This document shows positions 55,858 through 64,000 of a stretch of 64,000 bases of DNA, piece by piece. Where the stretch lies: contig NC_068990.1 of the NCBI RefSeq assembly GCF_001194135.2, positions 18,798,244 through 18,862,243 on the forward strand. Reading direction: 5' to 3'. Position 1 is the first letter of the stretch. The number at the start of each line of letters is the position of its first letter. A program made the translations under genes and the position numbers. The notes below the pieces were generated by a model that was not told the DNA's origin, searched no databases, and saw nothing but the letters and a program-made list of their open reading frames with translations. Source of the DNA: Octopus bimaculoides. Lineage: Eukaryota.

Positions 55858-56010
55858 CAACAACATCGAAAAATATCTGAGGAATGAGAACCCAGGTTCG
55901 AACTTTCCCCACGACACCTGCTGAAAGCTGGAAGTTATATCAGCCGAAACGCTGTGTTAACAACAAACAAGATGAGGACAAATATCCGTCAAATGTAAAT
56001 AATATGATAA
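55734..56010 (+). mobile_element. family E element (tRNA-like head, (AAT)n linker, hammerhead-like tail)
   Basis: A-box TAGTGGTTAAG and B-box GAGTTCGATTCC at 55738-55787; (AAT)n 55790-55853; tail with GACAC-CTGCTGA-..GCTG..CAGC.-GAAACG..GTGTT. Confidence 0.8.
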
Positions 56011-56444
56011 TGTATTTATCTCTAATGTTTAACGAAAAACCTTATAATTTTAGTGAGATTTTAGCTGCCATTTCTGGTATTTCTTGCAGCTACCTAGTCT
56101 CCGTAAGTGATTTGAATAATATTATATTATTGAATAATATATTATTTATAGTTTTCGATATATTCGTTCTTAAATTTATGACAGGATGTGTTACATATTT
56201 AACGTAATCAAGACAGGAATCGCTATGATAATCATTCATTTTCTATGTGCATAACTATCCATCATTTTCGTACAAGAATCAAACTGCACAAACTTCGGTG
56301 AGCGCCAGACTATTACGTTGCATTGTACTTTTAATTGAATACTAATTTGATTATAGTACGTTGTAGCCAACAAAACCGTTTTTGCCTTTATAAACAAGGA
56401 TTAGTATTATGGTTGCCTCCCTTGACTCAAGGCTGCAGGAAGCC

Positions 56445-56545
56445 TCTGTGGGACTTCGACTCAGAACGTAAATAGCCGGAAATAATGCCAAACGCATTTT
56501 GTCCGACGTGCTCATGATTATGCCAGTTGGCCTCCTTTTCACAGC
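56445..56545 (-). mobile_element. family A SINE head fragment
   Basis: CTCAGAACGTAAATAGCCGGAAATAATGCCAAACGCATTTTGTCCGACGTGCT aligns to 59695-59750. Confidence 0.6.
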
Positions 56546-57519
56546 CATAAATAAATGTCTATAAAATGGAAAACAAAATCTATATAAAAAGCACAGATCA
56601 TTTTCTAGTTTCTATCTTAAGAAATGACATACATAGATCAGGAAGATGATCAAATATGCCCCATATCGACTGAATTGCATCTGGTATAATAAATAATATT
56701 ATTTTCGGACGAGAATAGATGCAAAGCATCGGCATTGAATCCGGCTCTTGAAGAGAGAAAACAAATTCAGGAGGATCATCACATTATAACGCGTGCCTAA
56801 TTGTGACGTTTTTCGTTACAAGATATGTAAAACATCTCAAAATAGCTTAAACAGCACAATCATAAATAGATATCTATAAAACCGATAACAAACTGCAAAT
56901 AAAATATAAATAACTAAAAGATACAATTCATCTTTGAGATTCTATCTTAAGAAATGACATAGATAAAGCAGGAAGCTTGTATCCAATTACACCAGAAACA
57001 TTACATTCTCGTAGTAGGAAATAATGCTATGTATATTGGGTTAACAAAATGCTTTCGCACATAGAGATAAGTAGTTTAAGAATATAACTGATGACTTCTT
57101 AAAGAAGAATTAGTGTATGGGAGGTTATATTTTCCCTCAACGAAACTAGATTAATACAGTAGCAAGTGGTTACTTGTTATTTGAAATGATCTTGCATTAG
57201 ATTATATATATCACATCGTGGTAAAGGTTAGGAAAACTATGCACAAATGTAGCATCATTAGCAAAAGGCTAAGAAGGAGGTGGAAATTTATGAATGAAAC
57301 AATTAGATTATGTTACTGAGGTTATCATGGAAGAGACAAGACGTAAACCACAATTAGACGGTTTGCGATAAAACGAAATATTTTTCGAAGACCAAAAGAT
57401 CAACGAATAATGAGTTGTATGCTAGTTTATTTGCGTATATGTTTGTGAGTGTATAGATTATTTGTTTGCATGCGTATATGTATGTGAAAAGTGATAGGTA
57501 GGTAGGTACGTAGGTACGG

Positions 57520-57640
<121 letters not shown>

Positions 57641-58539
57641 GAGGGAGGTAAAGTAGAAGTTATCTTTAAAAATATCTGTTAATTACTTTATCGTATATAT
57701 GGAAAATCCATATCTGCATAAATGAAGCCAGATCTTTGCCAACATCTTGAGGTCTGTATGTGGGCGCGCGCGCGTGTCTGTGTCTATGTGTGCGCATGAA
57801 GAAGGAATTTTATTAATACCAAAACAAAATGACAAAAAAAAAAACAAGAACATCAATGTATTATACTGCGAAATAAAGAAAGTGGTCAATTTGTCATTTG
57901 TTCATTTGTCAAAGCATACAAATGGAGACGATAAGAACAAACATACACCCCCCCCCACACATACATATATATATATACCTTATTATTAAAGCTGCAAAAA
58001 CGTCATAAAAAAACTGCTACTCAGAGTTTCACGTTCCTGTTCGTCGGACAGTTTGGTTGAGAATTGAACAAAAAATTAATGTTATATTTATAAATATATG
58101 ATTTACATTGACAGATACACATTTGAAATTGGTTTCGTTTCATTGGTCCTTTCAAATGACGGTCTTTTTTTAAGAACCGGTGATATACATAAAATTAAAA
58201 TTACGACTTAAAAATTATAAGAAAAATTGAAGAAAACCTTATATCAAAATTAACTTCAGTTAGAAGGCAACAACATGTATACTCAGAGTAAATCAATTAA
58301 TGGTAAAATAAATTTAATTAAAATATACATTAAACATACAAACTTTGATGCATGCATGCATACTTATATACAAACACATACAAGCAAAATATTCTCAACC
58401 AAAACTGTCCGACGAACGGGAACCCAAAACTCTGTGTAATAGCTTTTTTTCAGATGTTTTTTGTAACTTTAATAATAAAGCATATTATTGTAGTGCCATT
58501 TTTCCACCTTGTTTAACATTTCTGTGCTTACTCTGGTCC

Positions 58540-58579
<40 letters not shown>

Positions 58580-58756
58580 NNNNNNNNNNNNNNNNNNNNN
58601 NNNNNNNNNNNNNNNNNNNNNNNNNNNNNNNNNNNNNNNNNNNNNNNNNNNNNNNNNNNNNNNNNNNNNNNNNNNNNNNNNNNNNNNNNNNNNNNNNNNN
58701 NNNNNNNNNNNNNNNNNNNNNNNNNNNNNNNNNNNNNNNNNNNNNTATATATATAC

Positions 58757-58805
<49 letters not shown>

Positions 58806-59372
58806 AAGAGAGAGAGAGAGAAGACCTCCCGTCGGGTGGCGGTCAACGGTCGTTAGCCATGTGTGAATTGTTTCATTGCTTCTGTGTAACTGCGTGCAAG
58901 GGTTAAGAGATGGCCAGCGAAAGACTGGGAATGTTTAAGTAAGAGTGGGTAAGTGGATATATTGGAAGTGATCCAGCACTTTTGAAAATGATATTGGAAA
59001 ATATCTTTGTGTGAGTGAATGTGATACTGACAGCAAAAGATACATGCGAGAATTGACCTAATGATATACTAGGATCATGAAATATTCACACAATAGAAAT
59101 TGAAATCGGTAGAAAGAAAGAACAATATTGTTCTAATGAATGCATTATGCATTTGCGTGTGTTGGCTATATGCGTCGAATAGAGAACTTTTGAAATGCAA
59201 TGTCTGGTTTCATTTTTGCGTGTATGTATATATATATGTGTGCATTTTTGCTGACTTAGTACACTATCAATCAACGAGCAGTTACAAAATTATCAGTATC
59301 AGCAATAAATGTAAAGGATTCGAACAATTTTATAAGTAGTATTTTATCCAGTGAACGAAGTGCAAAGTAATA

Positions 59373-59773
59373 TTCTTTTCAACTCTTGGCACAATGCCTA
59401 AAATTTTTGGGGAGCGGGGTAGTTGATTAGATCGGCCCCAGTACGCAGCTGGTACCTAATGTATCGACCGCGAAAGGATGAAAGTCAAAGTCGACCTCGG
59501 CGGAATTTGAACTCAGAACGTAAAGGCAGACGAAATACCACTAATAAAAGAATGCTCGTTTCTACTCTAGGCACAAGGCTCGAAATTTTGGTGGGAGGGG
59601 GGCCAGTAAATTCGATCGACCTCAGTACGTAGTTGGTACTTAATTTATCGACCCCGAAGGGATGAAAGGCAAAGTTGACTTCTGCGGAATTCGAACTCAA
59701 AACGTAAAGACAGACGAAATACCACTAAGCATTTCGCCCGCCGTGCTAACGTTTCTACCTGCTCGCTGCCTTA
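59373..59773 (-). mobile_element. tandem dimer of family A SINE within one target-site duplication
   Basis: Two copies (about 59375-59543, 5'-truncated; about 59559-59772, with head). The pair is flanked by GAAGTGCAAAG(T/C)AATA at 59357-59372 and 59774-59789. Confidence 0.8.
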
Positions 59774-60465
59774 GAAGTGCAAAGCAATAATGTAAGGTTG
59801 CTGGCTGTAGACAGCGGCCAACGGTTCAAATATTGTGGCTGTATATGCGATCGATGAAGCCAACCGTTGTGGATGAGATATCTTGATGATGGTCAGATTT
59901 CTGTACAAAGTAGCTTGCTCTTTGATAGGCTAGTAGTCTCTAGTAAACTCTACGTTTATTCACAGACGTCTGTACAACTCACAGGTAACACAATCTCCTC
60001 CCGCATTTACTGTTTCTCGCCTCACAAATCTCGCAGTAAAGGCTTCTTGCAGCCTTTGTTCTGTAGAAACTTAGCTCTACCACATTCCTTCAATGTAAAC
60101 CGTTTTTTCGTTTCCTTTCTTGTTTTAGTTTCGACAGACCTGCAGAGGTCATGGGCATTGCTCCGCCTGCTGTGACTGACACATTGAAAAATAAATCATT
60201 TCCTTTCAGGAAAATTCTGTTTAGATATAAATTGCAAAAGATAATCGCATTGTTATATCACCGCAGATAGTATTACAGAAGAATGATAATATATGCAATA
60301 ATAAAAATAAAGACAGATGTTTTTCTTCTTAAACACAGGTTGCAACATATAAATCAATTAATGTTCTTCTAACTGAAAATGTATGTCCCAATGCTTTCAA
60401 GGACGAAAGATAAGATTAACTGGCATTCTTCTGTTCTGGGAATGAGATAGAAAATGGAAAGAGAC

Positions 60466-60502
60466 TGAGAGAGAGAGAGAAAGAGACAGAAAGAGAGAGG
60501 GT

Positions 60503-60552
<50 letters not shown>

Positions 60553-60555
60553 TAG

Positions 60556-60639
<84 letters not shown>

Positions 60640-60734
60640 TAAGAGGATGACAATGAATGTCTCCCAACGACCTAATATAACTGTCGAAAGCTAGGAAACT
60701 TACAACACAAATCATTAACTAAGTAGTAGTAGTG

Positions 60735-60797
<63 letters not shown>

Positions 60798-60948
60798 ATA
60801 ATAATAATAATAATAATAATAATTTAAGGCGAATAAATTCAATTTTATTCTTAGAATTACGCGTCAGAAATATTTACTGCTAATAGTACTTCTACTTCTA
60901 CTCTTACTGCTTCTACTGCTACTACTACTACTACTGCTGCTGCTTCTG

Positions 60949-60987
<39 letters not shown>

Positions 60988-61015
60988 ATATTCCTGCTGT
61001 TGCTGTTGCTGCTGC
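60466..61015. repeat. (GA)n, (AGT)n, (AAT)n, (ACT)n microsatellite cluster
   Basis: Direct reading. Confidence 0.95.
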
Positions 61016-61351
61016 TATGACGACGGACTTTATTATGTAGATTATCTGAAAATAGCATAGAAAATAGGAAACTTTCATTAGAGGTTATAAAGAATGGATA
61101 ATGGTGAACTTCAAAACCAGAAATTATGTAAAGGGGGTAAAACCCCATGTAGAACATACTGATGGAGGTATTAAGTATTATATAATAGTACTCCCGTGCA
61201 CATCCCCGCTAACACACTACTGCATATATATACATACACTACATGAGCATGCATATATACATACACTAACATGTGCATGTACATATACACGCATATACAG
61301 ACACACACACACACGCACACACAAAGACACACACATATATGTACGTATATA

Positions 61352-61571
61352 TTCTTTTACTTGTTTCAGTCCTTTTGACTGTGGTCATGCTGGAGCAGCG
61401 CATTTTGGTCGAAGAAATCGACCCCTGAACTTATTCTTTGTAAGTCTAGTGCTTATTCTATCGGTATCTTTTGGCGAACCGCTACGTTACGGGGACGTAC
61501 ACACACCAACATCGGTTGTGAAGCGATGGTGATCGGGAGGAGTGTGCGCAAACACAGACACATGGACACAG

Positions 61572-61611
<40 letters not shown>

Positions 61612-61765
61612 GACGAGCTTGTTTCCGTTTCCGCCTACAAAATCCACTCACAAAGCCCTACGTTATAGCAGAAGACAGTCGTCCAAGGTGACACGCAGTG
61701 GGACTGAACCCGGAACCATTTGGTTGGGAAGCAGGATTCTAACCGCACAAACACGTCTGTGCATG
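61352..61765 (-). mobile_element. full-length family B SINE
   Basis: TTCTTTTACTTGTTTCAGTCCTTTTGACTGTGGTCATGCTGGAGC tail; CA/TA linker; AAATCCACTCACAAAGCC...GCAGTGGGACTGAACCCGGAACC...GGGAAGC head. Confidence 0.85.
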
Positions 61766-63349
61766 TAATATATATATATTCTTTTATTCTTTTATTCTAC
61801 ATGAGAGCAGATATAGAAATAATGATGCAAATAAACAAATAAAACCGTTTTGGCTAAATGTGCCTTTATCATAGTTTCGCCCACGCAGGGCAGTGTAGTG
61901 CTGAATAGCAATAGCAACTTGATAAAGTACGCAGAAGGTCTATGCATTCGTTGCTAGAATGATCAAAGAACTCACTCACTAATCATTACGCACTGTTTAA
62001 AAAATAACTCATAAAGCATAATAAAAATATAAATTTTTATGAAAAGGCAAGTCTTTTTCGGAGCGCTTTTGATCTTATGTCTGCTCAAGAGGTCTGACAT
62101 GAGAATAAACAAATATACAACAGCAATGGCAACAACAATAAAATAACTTTATTAAATCAGTCTTTGTCATTCACCGTCCGTGCTCCATCAATTGTGCGTG
62201 AATAATTGTAATATATTAGGTTGAATATCAATTAAAATTCTCGAATCGAATCCTTCAATTAGCCTGATACCTTGTCTTATTTTTGCACACATCCTAACAT
62301 AGATTGCTCACACTCATAAAGGAAAATGAAGGAATGAATCAAATAAAACAAACAGAAAGTCTTCTTGATTAGCAAATTCAATAATTCCTTCCGGCTGATT
62401 TACCAATTTATCGAATAAATATAAAAATAATTGAAACTCTGATATGGTATTTTTTTCTGTGACAACTATCGATTTCTACTTATTAAATCTTTTTCTCTTC
62501 TAAAACTGCGAAATCCTAAGAAAATTCTACTGTGTTCAATGCATTAATTTATCAATAAAATCTATAAATTATTTGTACCTTCAAGGAAGAATATGTATAT
62601 AACCTAACAGGCCTTCATTAAAATCATTTATTTCAATGCTAAAAATTCTTATAAAGACCGATCAATATTTCCTCAAGAACAGGACGGTGAATTGATAAAT
62701 ATTGCAGAGACAAATTGAATAGTTTCTCCATTTAAACCGTTCACAAGGCAAATATTCCAAGTTTTTCTTCTGCCGTTCATTCGAATAAAATCAATGTAAA
62801 AGTATAGGGAAAGGGCGGATGTTTACTTAATATAACAACTGCCAAACAATAATAATAATTCTTTCTAATTATGGCATAAGACCAGCAGTTTGGTGGAAGG
62901 TGTGTTATTCGATACATCGACTCCAGTACTTAATAAATAGTACATATTTTTTACAACCATCTAAAGATTCTACCAACTTAACACCGGCCACAATGATTCT
63001 TTATTGAAAACAAAGTACCTAAGAACAGAATGAAATATAATAAATTATTAGAGAATTGGTTGACAACGACCATTGAGGTTGGAGAAGAAATACATACATA
63101 TATGCACGAGTGTGTGCGCATGTGCGTATGCTTGTATGTATGTATGCATGTATATATATATATATATATATNNNNNNNNNNNNNNNNNNNNNNNNNNNNN
63201 NNNNNNNNNNNNNNNNNNNNNNNNNNNNNNNNNNNNNNNNNNNNNNNNNNNNNNNNNNNNNNNNNNNNNNNNNNNNNNNNNNNNNNNNNNNNNNNNNNNN
63301 NNNNNNNNNNNNNNNNNNNNNNNNNNNNNGTATGCAACATGTATGTATG

Positions 63350-63381
<32 letters not shown>

Positions 63382-63639
63382 CACTGTGTATATACGTGTG
63401 TATGTGTATATGTATGTTAGCAAATATATGTGTGTATGTATGTGTCATGTTTTATTTGTCAGTTAAAGGTCTATACTCATGCTTTACCGCCCTGAAGATA
63501 TTTAGTAGTACAAATGAACTTAAGTAGATATTTTAAAAGTCTGATACTTATTCGATGAAACTGCTAAATAACAAGGACGTAATGCAACCAACACCGTTTG
63601 TCGAGTGCTAGTCGGGTATAAATGCAAACGAAAAGACAC

Positions 63640-63805
63640 TTGCTATGACTGGCTTTCTGTTTCCGTCCACCATGTCGCGTCACAAATCTTTCACAAAGCT
63701 TTTATCGGGGCTGTAGTAGAATACACTCATCCAAGCTGCAACGGAATCGGACCGAATCCGGAACCACGTGGTTAGGAAGCAAACTCCTGACCACACATGC
63801 ATGGC
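63640..63805 (-). mobile_element. family B SINE head
   Basis: GGCTTTCTGTTTCCGTCCACC...CACAAAGCTTT...CCGGAACCACGTGGTTAGGAAGCAAACTCCTGACCACAC. Confidence 0.7.
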
Positions 63806-64000
63806 TCCAAATCCAACACGTCTCAGACTCAAAACACGGGCAACTGTTCGCGCAATGTTTCATTTATAAAATTAATCGTGAAGTCGTGAACGTGTACAGG
63901 GGTGGACCGACCCCGGTATAGTGAAGTGAGTTATTATCTCAATCCTTATGAGGTTCTCTCTCTCTCTCCCCCTCTCTCTCTCTCCCCCTCTCTCTCTCTC

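Noticed and set aside
57088-57112. CTGATGA followed by hairpin CTTCT/AGAAG
   Set aside because: It is not followed by GAAA and has no stems I/III, so it is not a hammerhead.
59867-60175. 102-aa plus ORF, and a Cys-rich minus-strand stretch (YCEICEARNSKCGRRLC)
   Set aside because: No recognisable domain, stops in the relevant frames, and no convincing splice or TE context.

Overview
This is eukaryotic, AT-rich, repeat-dominated DNA with 13 N-gaps (about 5.1 kb in total; 12 abut a (TA)n tract). The repeat families and microsatellite load resemble an Octopus/coleoid cephalopod draft assembly. That assignment is inference from recognised repeat sequences, not a database result. No host protein-coding gene could be identified with confidence. 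Most track ORFs are translations of microsatellites, gaps or SINEs. Supported content: many copies of at least five tRNA-headed SINE-like families (labels A-E are my own), a Penelope-like element (PLE) GIY-YIG C-terminal remnant, a TA-flanked Tigger/pogo-type MITE, a 144-bp near-perfect palindrome, a possible LTR-like insertion nested in a SINE, local duplications and a 20-bp minisatellite. The best lead is a tRNA-headed, (AAT)n-linked element whose tail carries a degenerate minimal hammerhead-ribozyme motif, present as a head-to-head inverted pair at 55.5-56.0 kb. Several splice-flanked open frames on both strands are reported only as low-confidence exon candidates.
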